Assembly: GCA_014905635.1 (NCBI GenBank)
Contig: JABVCE010000021.1
Span: 310,001 to 374,000, forward strand
DNA: 64,000 bases
Source of the DNA: Scenedesmus sp. PABB004
Taxonomy: Eukaryota
Direction: 5' to 3'
Both the position numbers and the translations under genes were made by a program. Of the stretch, positions 12,971-23,977 are shown piece after piece (the stretch's first letter is position 1; each line of letters opens with the position of its first letter). Below the pieces are notes generated by a model that ran no database searches, was not told the DNA's origin, and was given only the letters and a program-made list of their open reading frames with translations.

Positions 12971-13285
12971 GCTCGTCGCGGGCGGCGGCGACGGCGGAGG
13001 TGGCGGCGGAGCTGCCACTCGCGCGCTCGGGCGGCGGCGGCGGCGCGCCGCTTGGGTCTGGCTGGACGGGGGCTTCGGTCTGGCTGGACGGCGAGGGGCC
13101 GGGCTGGGCCGCTGCTCGCCGCCGGCGCGGCGGTTTTGGGGTTTTCGCGCATTTGAAGGCGGCGCAGGGTGCGGCGCCGTAGCCTACGGCGTCGACGGCC
13201 CGTAGGCGCATGATTCACCCTGTGCAAACCCCTTCTCTTGAAGGCGGCGCGCGCACCACGGCACCCGCCAGCGAGCCCCGCCACA

Positions 13286-16200
13286 TCACGACACCACGAG
13301 GTCGCGGTGCAGCTGCCACGCGACACTCAGCAACGCGAGCAGGGTGGGCCCCAGCAGCGCGCCCTGCAGCGGCGACCTGAACGAGGCCATGCCCCCGAAC
13401 ACGCCGAGCACGACGAGGCTGGGCGTGTTTGACAGCGTGGAGGGTACGTCACGGAAGATGAGGTCGTCGCCGATGTAGTACGCGGCCAGGTGCACGGCCG
13501 CCAGGACCAGGGCGCGCAGCGGCGCGCCGCGCAGCAGCGCGAGCTCCGCGACCGCCGGCAGCGCGACGAGCGCGACGGGCACGAGCGGCAGCACGGCGAT
13601 GACGGCCGACGCGGCGGTCGCGAGGCACACAAAGTGGAGCGGGCCGAGCGCGCGGAGCGAGAGCCAGCTCACGCCCGCGTGGAACGCCGCCAGCTTGAGC
13701 GAAGACACAAACACGCCGCGCATCGCCCGCGTCACCGCGCGCGCGGCGCGGTCCTGGCTGGCCTGCGCGGGGGCGTGCGGGCGGGGGCGGGCGAGCGTGG
13801 GCCGCCGCCAGAGCGCGCCGCGCGGACGCACGCCCGCCGCGCCGCCACGCGCTCCGCGCCGCCCCGTGCGCCGCCGCTGCACGCACCTCTGACATGGGCA
13901 GCAGGCGCACGAGCTGCTCCACGGGGTCGATGTCCAGCGCCAGCAGCGTGTAGAGCACGCTGGCAAACACGCCCAGCTGCGGCGCGGCGCGGCAACCGCG
14001 TGCGCGCGCGGCGGGCGGGCGTGGGCGGCGCGGCGGCGGCCGCAGCAGCCCGGCGCCCCTCCTGGGCCGGCGCCGGGACGCGCCGCGGCGCCGCGGGGCT
14101 CGGCGGGCGCGGCGCCGGGGCGCACCTGCACCAGGAACTTCACCACGCCCACGCCCAGGCGGAAGAGCCCGAACCCGGTGCCCAGCGCGACCGCGGTGGT
14201 GCTGCCGATGCCCGACGCCGTGACCGCGGCGAGGCGGCGCGCCGATGTGATGAGCGGCAATGCGACGCCCTGCGCCACGCGCAGCATCGCCGGCCCGGGC
14301 GCGGTGCCGGCGCCGGCCCGCCGCCGGCAGCTGCCGCCGGGCCCGCGCCGACCAGGCCGCCGCCGCCGGGGGGTCGGGCGACGAGGCGTTGCCTGCGGCG
14401 CGCTGCGGCTGCTGCGGCGGCGATGCGCTGCCGTTGCGCGGGCACTGCGCGTCGTCGTGGGCGCCCCCGCCGGCGGCAAGGAGGCGCTCGGCAGACGGCG
14501 CGAGCGGGTCCGGCCCGACGCAGGTTGGGCCGGGCGGGGCGCCGGCGACGCCGTCCGGGTGCAGGTGCAGCGCGCGCAGCACCGCGGTGGCCTCGCGGCT
14601 CGCGGCGGCTACGTCGAGCCGCGCGAGGGCGGCCCACATGCCGCGCACGTGTCTGAACAGGTGGCGCCCCGCGTGCTCCTCCGCGCCGCCGGCGGCCTGG
14701 TCGCCGCCGCCGCTGCTGCCGCCCAGCGGCCAGCCGTGCAGAAGGCGGCCGAGGCGGAGGCCGCCCCCGGCGCCGCGCGCGCCGCCGGGCGCGCCAGCGT
14801 CGTCGGCTGGCTGGCGACAGTTGGCCAGGCGCAGCTGCGCCAGCTGCTGCTGCTCGCTTGCTGCGTCGTGTGCCGCCGTCACGGCTTGCAGCTCCTCCTG
14901 CAGGCCCGACAGCCGCTGCTGACTCTCCACCAGCTGCTCGGCCACGGCGACGGCGCTGGCGTTCCCGGGCGGCGCGCCGGCGTCGGGCTCGTCGCCGGGC
15001 GCCGCTGCGTCGGCGCCGGCGACGCCCCCCGGCTCCGCGCCGCAGCCGGGCGCCGCCGCGCGCTCGCCGGCGGCGCCCCAGCCCAGCGCGCCCAGCAGGC
15101 CCCGCCCTGGGTCCGCGCCGGCGCCGTCGCCGGGCAGCAGCGCCTGGTACTCGGCCGCCAGCTCCGCGAGCCGCGCCGCCTCGGCGTCCAGCTGTGCCTG
15201 CGCGCGTCGCCGCGCCGCGCCGAGCCGGGTCGTCGCGAGGCTTGCGTTGGCGAGGCTGACCGCGAGCCGCACGCGCGCGGGGTCGCTGCAGTCGCCCTGC
15301 AGCCCGAGCGCCGCCTTGACCGCCTCCAGGTCGAGCAGCACGCGGCTGAGGTTGTGCGCGACGAGGAAGCCCGACGCGCGCGCCTCGACCCAGTGCGTGA
15401 CCCCCGGCAGCGCGTCGCGCAGCGTCGCCGCAGCGGCGGACTCGTAGTCAGCCAGCAGAGCCGCGACGCCCTGGCGCAGCGCGCCGCCCTGGCGCAGCGC
15501 GCCCGTGTCCACCTTGGACCGCACCAGGCTGTTCATCGCCAGCACGGCCTGCCTGCTCTCGTCGCCGACGCGGACGAGCAGCACCACGCTCAGCACCACG
15601 CTGCCGAGAATGAGGGCCACCACTATCAGCCCGCTCACCGCGGCGTCCAGGAAGCTCGACGCGCACGCGCCGCGCAGCGCCGCGTCGGCGCGCGACAGCA
15701 GGCGCGACGCGCCCGCCCAGGCCGCGCCCGCGCCCGCGACGAGCCGCCCGCCGGCAGCCGCCGCCCACGCGGCGGGGCCGCCGGGCGCCGCCGCGCCGCC
15801 GCCGCGCCGCGGGTGCCGCCGCCGCTCCTGCTGCTTGCGCTGCTGCTGCTCCTGGAAGGGGCTGCAGATGCTCTCCCGCTGCGCCGCGCCGCCGGCGCTG
15901 CCGTCGCCGCCACGCGCAGGCGCGGCGCGCCAGGCGCTGCCCGGCAACAGCAGCAGGAACGGCAGGCCGCCCGCCAGCGCGACCGTGCTGCCGAGGACCA
16001 CGACGAGCGCCAGCAGCGGCTGCTCCGCTGCCCAGCGCACCCAGACGCCCTGCGCGGCGGCGGCGCGCGCGGCGGCCGGTCAGCGGCGGGCGGGCGGTCG
16101 GCGACGGGCGCGGCCCCGCGGGGGTGACCGGGGCGCGCCGCCGCCTCTCCCACCAGGTAGGCGTATCGGGCGCACTCATACAGCACGATGCAGCGCAGCA

Positions 16201-18466
16201 GCCACTTGAACAGACGGCTGCTCGGGCTGCTGCCGGCGCCGTCGCCGCCGTCGCCGCCGGGCGCGGGCGCCAGGGACATGCCTGCGACGCTGCTGGCGAT
16301 GGTGGTGCCTTGGCGCCACAGCAGCGGCTCGCGGCCCTCCCAGCCGGCGAGGCCAAAGCCGGGCGGCGCAGCGTCCAGGGCGCCGTGCCCGCCCAGGCTG
16401 CCGCGCCGACTTTGCACAGGGGGGCTCAGCGAGCCCCGAGCGCCAGCTTCCGCGTGGCCGCCGGCTGGAGAGTCAGCGGGCGGCGGGCTGCCCTCGGGCT
16501 GCGCCGCACGCGGCCGGGTGGCTGCCGGCGCTGCCGCGCTGATGCTGCTGGCGGCGCTGCCGGCGCTGCTGTGGGTGCTGTTGCAGCGGCCGAGGTCGTC
16601 CGCCTGCTGCGCCGCCGCCGCCGGCGCCGGCTGCCTGGCCGCTGCCGGCGCGAGCGGCGAGCCGCCGAGTGCGGGCTGCTGCTGCTGCTGCTGCTGTTGC
16701 TGGTGTGCAGCCCAGCCGCCAAACGACGACGCGAGCGCCCCGCCTTCGTCAAAGTGCAGGGCGGGCGATGAGAAGCTCATCGCTAAGCTCGGGTTCAGCA
16801 GGCGCTGCTGCGTCTGCTGCTGCTGCCAGGGCGCAGCGAGGGGCTGGTGCTGCTGCGCCGCCCACAGCTGCTGCTGCTGCTGCTGCTGCTGGTACGGCGT
16901 CCAGGGCAGCGTGCCGTCTGACATGGCGCTGCTGTGGCTGCCCGCGAGGCTCACGCGCGCCGGCGTGCCGCCGCCGTGCGGCGCGCCGCCGAAGCTGCTG
17001 CTCCTGCGGTGCGCCCGGCCGGCACTGCCGGGCGTGGGCGCGCCGCCGAGCTGCTGCGCCAGCGCGCCCGGCGGCGCAGCGCCTGGCGGCTGCGCCGCTG
17101 GCTGCGGCAGCAGGCTGCTGAGCACGAGCTTGAGCAGCTCTGCGATGCAGAACCACCACCAGCGCAGCTGCCCCCTCCCCCAGCGCCGAAGCCGACGGAG
17201 CTGGTGCTGCAGCGGGCTGCTGCTGCGCGCCGGTGCGCCGCCGGGCGGCCGCTTTCGCGCTGGACGCGTGCCGGCGGGCGAGCGCGCCTCAGCGGCGGCG
17301 GGGCTGAGGCTGGCCGCGCCGGCTGCTGCGGCGCCGCCCCTGCCGCCCCGCGCGCCGGCCGCCGCGCCGCGCGGCCCAGCGGCGGCCGCTGCCGGCGCTG
17401 CTGCTGCTGCTGCTCCGCCTGCTGCGCGCCGTCCGCCGCAGTCGCAGCGGGGCGGCGCTGCCGCAGCACCTGCTGCGGCGACCGCTCGCCCCCGGCTCGC
17501 GCCTCTGGCGCGACGCCGTCGCCATCCGACGCCCCGCCGGCGCCAGTGTCTGCCTCGTCCGAGCTGCCGCTGCAGCTCCCCGCCGCCGCGCCGCGGGCCG
17601 GCCTCGCCCGCCGCTGCCTGTCCGGCGACGCCTGCGGGGCGGCGCGCCGGCGTGCGCGCGCGGCCCGTCTGCGGCGCCGCGCGCCGGCAGCGCGCGCGGC
17701 GCTCCCGCGCCACGCCGCCGCGTCGCAGCGCGCGCACCTGCTGCTTGGCCTGCAGCTCGCCGTACTTGGCCGCCAGCTCGTCCCGCACCTCTTCGAACAG
17801 CTGCCACGCGATCACGGCCGGGAGGAAAACCAGCTTGGCCACGCACACCGGGAAGGAGCTGCGCCGCGGCCGGCGGGCGGCCGGGGCCCGTCGGCGCGTG
17901 CGCCCCGGCGCGAGCGCTGCGCCCCGGCGCGAGCGCTGCGCCGCAGCGGCGCAGCACGGCGCGGCGGCGCGCAGCCCGTGGCGGCGCGGCGCGGCCAGGG
18001 GGGGGGGGCGTGCCTGGCGTGCAGCTCGCGGCGCGCGGTGTCCACGAGGTAGCGCTTGATGTCGCGCAGCGACAGCGAGCAGAAGTAGCCCCACAGCAGC
18101 GGCTCCTGGAAGTCCGCGAGAACACTCCAGCAAGCCCACGCCAGGAGCAGCACCGCGACCTGCGGCGAGACAGCGCGCGCGGCGGCCGCCCGCGTCAGCC
18201 GTCGGCGCCGCCCAGGGCGCCGCCCAGGGCGGGCTGCCATGGTGTGTATCGCCGTCGGCTCCGCCCAGGGCGGGCTGCCGTGGCGTGGATCGCCGCGGCG
18301 CGGGCGTGGGGTCGCCGCCAGCGCCCGCGGCGGCGCGCGGCGGCGCGCGGCGGCGCACCGCGAGCAGGTGCCCGCCGGCCGTCAGCGCGATGCTGACGTA
18401 CGGGCTGCTGCTGCGCACGAAGTGGCCGACGCCGCCCGGGCTGCCCGGGTGCCAGGAGTCGGGCAT
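13286..18466 (-). CDS. TMEM245-like / AI-2E-family multi-pass membrane protein
   Basis: N-terminal LLLAWACWSVLADFQEPLLWGYFCSLSLR; C-terminal GVFVSSLKLAAFHAGVSWL and LGVFGGMASF...GALLGPTLLALL. Long Q/A/G-rich insertions and a coiled-coil region. About 7 introns. Confidence 0.75.
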
Positions 18467-18916
18467 CGCGGCGCGGCGCGGCGAGCGCGGGCGAGTCCTA
18501 GCTCCGCCGCCCGCTGCTGCCGCCGCTGCCCATCCGCGGGGCCTACGATGCCCGCGCGCGGCGTCAGAGCATCAGAAAATCGTTACGTTGACGCGCTCCC
18601 CGCGGCGCAGGCGCTGCCACGAGCGGCAGCGGCGGATGGCGGCGCGTGCGTGCACGAAGCGTGCGTGAGTCTGTGATATGCACCGCCCGCGCTCACGTGG
18701 CGTCTGCGACGTGCACGCGCGGCGCACGACAATCACCAGGAGCACCACGGCGCCATCGCTTGCGAGCGGGCAGGACGGCGGTTCTGCGCCGATGCTGCCG
18801 CTGCACGGCGGCGGCGCCCGACGCGTTGTGGTGTGCCCGCCGCGCGCTGGCCGCGAGGGTGCGCGGGTGGGTGTGTGGAGGTGGGTGGCGGATGCGGTCT
18901 CGGCGCGGCGGGCGCG

Positions 18917-19773
18917 TCAGCCGCCGCCGCCGCCGCCGCCGCCGCCGAGCAGCGCGCGCTCGAGGCCGCGCGTGTGGTGCGCGCAGTTGTTGTGCAGCAG
19001 CGACAGCGCGCGGTCGTACGCGCTGCGCGGCGTCGGCGGGGGCGGCGCACGCGTGAGCCGCGCACGCTCAACGGACACACGTGAGGTGGCGCGCCGCCCC
19101 GCGCTGGCGCGCCGCGCCGGCCTGCCCACCAGTTGAACGCGGCCGCAACGGCGAGCGGGTCGGCATGCGGGCAGCTGCCAACGAGCCTGGCGGCGGCGGC
19201 GGCGGCCGGCGGGGGTCGGCGTCGGGCGGGCGGCGCGCGCAGCCGCGCCGACCGCGCGCGTGCCGGCGCGCAGAGCGCACCTCACACGCTCGCCGACGCG
19301 CACGGAACGCACGTCGAGCTGCTTCACGCGCACCTCGCCTGCGCAGCGGTGGCGGCTGTCGGTCGCCTGCGCCACGGCGGCAGGCCCCGCCGCCGCCGCA
19401 GCGCCGCCCACGCTGCGCGCCCTGCGGCCCCGTGCGCACCCGGCGCCGTGCCCGCGGTGAGCAGTGCGAGCGCCGTGGCCGGCAACGTCGGCGAGAGGGG
19501 CAGGAAGTCGAAGCACCACACGCCGTCCGGGCCCTCGAGCAGCGTGAACGTGTGCAGCTCGAGCAGGCGCGCCACGGGCGGCGGCAGCGCCGCGGCCGCG
19601 CGCTCCAGCCCCACGAGCGGCATGCGGCCGCGGTAGACGCGCCAGCGCGGCGGCGGCGGCGCCGGCGACGCGGCCTGGCTGGCCGAGCCCGCTGCCGCGG
19701 CCGCGCGGCAGCAGCGGCGGCACCGAGCGCCGGGTGCCGCCGCGCCGCTGCGGCTGGCCTGCAGCACCCGCAT
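18917..19773 (-). CDS. Conserved green-lineage hypothetical protein with H...FDFLP...NNC motifs (possibly permuted NlpC/P60-like), putative plastid targeting
   Basis: Four exons: ...RMPLVGLE...LHTFTLL...CFDFLP...|GEVRVKQL...|LVGSCPHADPLAVAAAFN|...YDRALSLLHNNCAHH. Canonical splice sites; stop at 18917-18919. Confidence 0.6.
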
Positions 19774-19984
19774 CGCAGCGAGAGTGCGCCACCCGACCGC
19801 GCGTGCGGGCATCTCGGTTGGAGTGCGGGCCAGCGCTGTCGGCCAAGGGCGCTGCTGCGCTACGCCAACCGCTGCCGTCGCTCGCCGCAAAAACGCGCCC
19901 CGCGCTCAGTCTTTCACTTTCCTCCCGCCGCACGCCCCACCGCCACTTGCCCCTCCCGCCTGCCGCAACAGCGAAACCGCGATC

Positions 19985-21757
19985 ATGCCGCCGCAGACGG
20001 ACGGCGCGCGGCGGCGCGTGCTCGTGACCGGCGGCAGCGGCTTTCTTGGGCAGTTCCTGGTGGACGGCCTGCAGGACAGCTGCGTGGTGGGGTACACGTA
20101 CCTCACCAACGCCATCACCGAGGTGCGGCGGCCGCCGCGGCGAGAGGCCGGTGCCGGCGGCCAGCGCCGGCACGGCGGCCAGCGCCGCGTGCCGCGCCGC
20201 GCGGCGCGCAGGGCCACGCCGACGCGGAGCCGTTCCGGGCCGACTTCACGAGCGGCGAGGGCGTGCGCGAGGCGGTGCTGGCGTTTGCGCCCCACGTCGT
20301 CCTCAACTGCGCGGCGCTGTCGCAGGCGCGCGGGCCCGCGCGCGCGCTCAAGCCCCGCGCTGCCGCCGCGCGCGCCCTGGCGCGCGCCCACGCTGGCGCC
20401 CTCACCCGGCCGCGGCTGCCGTGCTCGCGCGCAGCCCGCGGCGTGTGAGCGCGACTACGCCGCCGCCGCCGCGGTCAACGTGCCGCGCAGCCTCGTCGCG
20501 GCGCTGGAGGCGCTGCGCGAGCGGGAGCGCGCCGCGCCACTGCTTGTGCACATATCGACCGACCAGGCGCGGGCCCCGGGGCGCGGGGCCACGCGCGCGT
20601 GCGGCGCCCGCGGCAGCCGCGGGCCGCCCGCGCCGGCGCCGAGGCCCGGCGCGCGGCGCCGCCGCCGCCGCCAGGTGTACGACGGCAGCCGCCCGGGTGG
20701 CGGGAGGACGACCCCACGCAGCCGGTCAACGCATACGGCCGCAGCAAGCTGGAAGCCGAGCAGTTCCTCGCAGCGGCGTGGCCCGGCAGGCGCGGCCGCG
20801 GCCGCGCGCGGCGGACGGACGTGCGCGGTGCCGGTCGGCCAACCGGCCAGGCGCCTGCACGCTCCGAGCGCCTCCCCACGAGCGCCCGCCCGCGCCCGCC
20901 GCGCCGCGCGCCGCAGGTACGTGGTGCTGCGGGCGAGCCTCATCTACGGCCCCGAGCCGCCGCTGCAGCGCGTGGGGCGGCCGCTGTTCCTGCAGTTTGT
21001 GGAGCGCGTGCTGGCGGAGGGGCAGCCGACCACGTTCTTCATAGACGAGTTCAGGCGCGCGCCGGCGGCCGCGCGCCGCGCCGCCGGGGCCGGCCGCGCG
21101 CATCGCGCCGCGCGCGCCGCGCACGCCGGGCCCGGTGCGGCGGTGGCCCAGCTGCAGGCCCGCGCGTCGCCGCGCAGGTCGGCGGTGTTTGTGGGGGACA
21201 TTGTGTCTGTGGCGCGGCACATCATCGAGCGCCACGCGGCGGCGGCGGCGGCGGGCGGCGCGGCGGCCGCGGGCGGCGACGCCGCGGCCGCGGCCGCGGG
21301 CGGCTGCGCGCTCGCCGGCCTGCCGCACCACACCTACAACATGGGCGGCCCCGACCGCCTCAGCCGGCACGACATGGCCCTCGCGGTCGCGGCGGCGTGC
21401 GGGCACTCGCCGGACGCGGTCAAGCCCGCGCGCAGCGCCGACGTGCAGCGGTGCGCGCGCGGGGACGGGCGGTGCTGCGCGGATGCCGCGCGCGGCCGTC
21501 GCCGCGCGGGCCCTCTCCCCCGCCGGCGCTGGCGGCAAGCCGCGCGCGCGGCAAAACGGCCGGCGCGCGCGCGCGCGCTGACCGGCGGCCGCCGCCGCTG
21601 GGCGCGCAGGGGCTACGTGAGCCCACCGGACATCAGCATGGACGTGTCGCGGCTGGTGGCCGACACTGGCATCGTGCTGACGCCGTTCCACGCCGGCCTC
21701 ATCGCGTCGCTGCCGGCCGCGCGAGCTCGCGCCGGCCGCGACGGCGGCGGGGTGTGA
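19985..21757 (+). CDS. RmlD-like extended SDR (dTDP-4-dehydrorhamnose reductase / MAT2B-like)
   Basis: VLVTGGSGFLG, VLNCAALSQ|P, HISTDQ|VYDG, PVNAYGRSKLEAE (YxxxK), VLRASLIYG, DEFR|SAVFVGD, YNMGGPDRLSR, SPPDISMD. 6 introns, 4 of them GC-AG. One apparent 1-nt deletion near 20695. Confidence 0.9.
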   Translation: MPPQTDGARRRVLVTGGSGFLGQFLVDGLQDSCVVGYTYLTNAITEVRRPPRREAGAGGQRRHGGQRRVPRRAARRATPTRSRSGPTSRAARACARRCWRLRPTSSSTARRCRRRAGPRARSSPALPPRAPWRAPTLAPSPGRGCRARAQPAACERDYAAAAAVNVPRSLVAALEALRERERAAPLLVHISTDQARAPGRGATRACGARGSRGPPAPAPRPGARRRRRRQVYDGSRPGGGRTTPRSRSTHTAAASWKPSSSSQRRGPAGAAAAARGGRTCAVPVGQPARRLHAPSASPRAPARARRAARRRYVVLRASLIYGPEPPLQRVGRPLFLQFVERVLAEGQPTTFFIDEFRRAPAAARRAAGAGRAHRAARAAHAGPGAAVAQLQARASPRRSAVFVGDIVSVARHIIERHAAAAAAGGAAAAGGDAAAAAAGGCALAGLPHHTYNMGGPDRLSRHDMALAVAAACGHSPDAVKPARSADVQRCARGDGRCCADAARGRRRAGPLPRRRWRQAARAAKRPARARALTGGRRRWARRGYVSPPDISMDVSRLVADTGIVLTPFHAGLIASLPAARARAGRDGGGV

Positions 21758-22082
21758 GCCTGGGAGCGAGGGAAATCGTTTCGTTGCAATGCGCGCCCCC
21801 TGGATGCCCGACGCGCCGCCGCTCCTCGCGCCGCCGCCGACGCGCCGCCCACCGCCGTTCGTGCGCCCCGCCCAGCGCCATGCCGCCGTGCGCATGCGCG
21901 GCCGCGCCCCGCGGGGCCCGCTGCTCCGTCCGCTGGCGCGGCGGCGCCCCCGCCGCTGCCCCCCGCCCCTCCCCGGAGTGCCGGGCTGCCCCGAGCGCGC
22001 CGCGGCAGCAGCTGCTGCCGCGGCGGCGGCGCGGGGGCCTCGCGGGCCCCGGCCTGTCGGCCGGTCGCGGCGTGAGCTCCGC

Positions 22083-23009
22083 TCACTCCAGGGGGAACGC
22101 GGTGTCAAAGGCCGCCTTCTCAGGGCGGCAATAGCTGTACTTGCCACTGCGCACGCGCGGCGGCGGCGGCGGGGCGCGCGGGGCGGGGCGGGGCGGGGCT
22201 CGGCGCCGACCGCTGGGTCGCCCGCAGCGCGGGCGCCGCTGCTGGTCGTCGGGCCGTCGGCCCGCGCGCGCCGAGCAGCGCGCGCAGCGCCGCCGGCGCC
22301 TCACCCCATCATGTCGAGGCAGGCGGTGTAGTGGTGCCACTCCTCCTTGGCCGCGGCGGCGGCCTCGGCCACCCTGCGCGCGACACGCACGCCGCGCACG
22401 CGGGGGCGCGGGCTCGGCGGCGGCCTCCGGCGGCCTCCGGCGAGAAGAGGGCGGCGCCCGCGCCGCGCCCGCCGCCCGCGGCCGCGCGCCGCGCTCACAG
22501 GTCTTTGGCGCACGCGGCGACGGCCTTGAACTCCTCGGCGCACTTGCTCGCGCTCGCGTTGTTCGCGTAGCACTCCTCGAACGCGGCCGTCTGCTCCGCG
22601 CACTTTGAGAGCATGTGGAACGCCACCGCCTGCGCGCGCGCGCGCGCGCGCGCAAACGGGCGGCGTCAGAGAGGGCGGGGGCCTGCTCGGGCTGGCCGCG
22701 CCAGCAGCAGCCCGGCGCTGCCGCCACGGGCGCCCGCCGCTGCTGCTGCTGCTGCCGCTGCTGCTGCTGCCGCTGCCGCTGCTGCCGCCGCCGCTGCTGC
22801 GCAGTCCCCGCCCGCCCCTCCCCCGCCTCCGGAGCGGGGAAGCGGGGCCCAGGAGAGCGCCAGTCGTCGCGCTCGGCCCGCCTTGGCGCTGGGGGGGCCG
22901 GCCGAGCGCCGCGACAGCGGGGGCACGCGGCTCCGGCCCCCGCCCGCGCCCGAGCAGGCCCCCGGCGCACCTGCAGGTCGGCGTGCTTGACGCCCTCCAC
23001 CTGCGCCAT
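22083..23009 (-). CDS. NDUFA8: NADH:ubiquinone oxidoreductase subunit A8 (PGIV, twin-CX9C)
   Basis: Four exons: MAQVEGVKHADLQ|AVAFHMLSKCAEQTAAFEECYANNASASKCAEEFKAVAACAKDL|VAEAAAAAKEEWHHYTACLDMMG|GKYSYCRPEKAAFDTAFPLE. CX9C spacing and length fit plant/algal NDUFA8. Confidence 0.78.
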   Translation of the reverse strand: MAQVEGVKHADLQVRRGPARARAGAGAACPRCRGARPAPPAPRRAERDDWRSPGPRFPAPEAGEGRAGTAQQRRRQQRQRQQQQRQQQQQRRAPVAAAPGCCWRGQPEQAPALSDAARLRARARARRRWRSTCSQSARSRRPRSRSATRTTRARASAPRSSRPSPRAPKTCERGARPRAAGAARAPPSSRRRPPEAAAEPAPPRARRACRAQGGRGRRRGQGGVAPLHRLPRHDGVRRRRRCARCSARAGRRPDDQQRRPRCGRPSGRRRAPPRPAPRAPPPPPRVRSGKYSYCRPEKAAFDTAFPLE

Positions 23010-23977
23010 GGCTGCGGGGGCTGCTGGGGCCGGGGGCGCGGAGCAGGGGGACTCGCGATCTCGGGCGCCCGCTGCTCGCGATCTGTGGCGGAGCGGAGCG
23101 CTGCGGGGTTGCGGGCTGATGGCGGCGACGACGCCGGCACGCCTCCCTGGTCGGGGGCTCGCCGCCGCACCGCCGCCGCCGCGGCGCAGGGAGCAGGGCT
23201 CGGCGGCCGCTGCGCTCGAACGACGCGCGTTGTCGCTGCTGCGTCGCAGCCGCACCACAGAGGCAACGCACCTGGACCACCACCGGTCATGGCGTAGAGG
23301 CAGGAGAGCAGCCAGCGCGCGCACGCCGCCCCGGCGACCGCCGGCCGCGCCGCCGCAGCCAGCTGCGCTGCCGAGCGCACACCAGGAGAATCCGCCAGTC
23401 GCCCAGAGCACGCACGCGGGCAGCAGGCGGGCGCGCGCGTCCGCAATCGGGCCAGCTCGCGCGGCCCGGAACGTCGCGCGCCGCGCTCGAGGCACCCCGC
23501 GGCCCTCGCACGCTCGAGGACGCTCCTTTACGCCAGACGTCATCTGAGAGCCCCCGCGATGGACGTTTCGGGGCGGCGCTAGCGGCGCATGCTCATCGCC
23601 GGTGCGCGCCATCCGTTCGCGCCGCGCGCTGACGCGCGCGTGGCGGCCGCGGCCGCGCTCACGCCGGCAGTGCGCGCCAGCACGGCGATAGCGCGCGACA
23701 GACTCGCGCTGCGCCGCTGCAGGCGGCCGCGCCGGCTGCGCGACCGCCGCCGCTGCTGAGCGCGCGCTCCCGCGCCCCGCGACGGCCGCCGCAGGCGCTG
23801 CGGCGCTGCGCGCCCGCCTGGGCCTGGTCGCGACGGCCTCGGCGGCGCCGCCGCCGTCGCAGCAGCGCGCGGCGTGGCAGGCGCTGCGCTGGCGGGCCCG
23901 CCAGCTGGCGGGGGCCGGCGCCGCTGCCCGCCCCTGAGGCGCCTAGGAGCGTTGCCGCGGCACCGGCGGCGGCGCGG

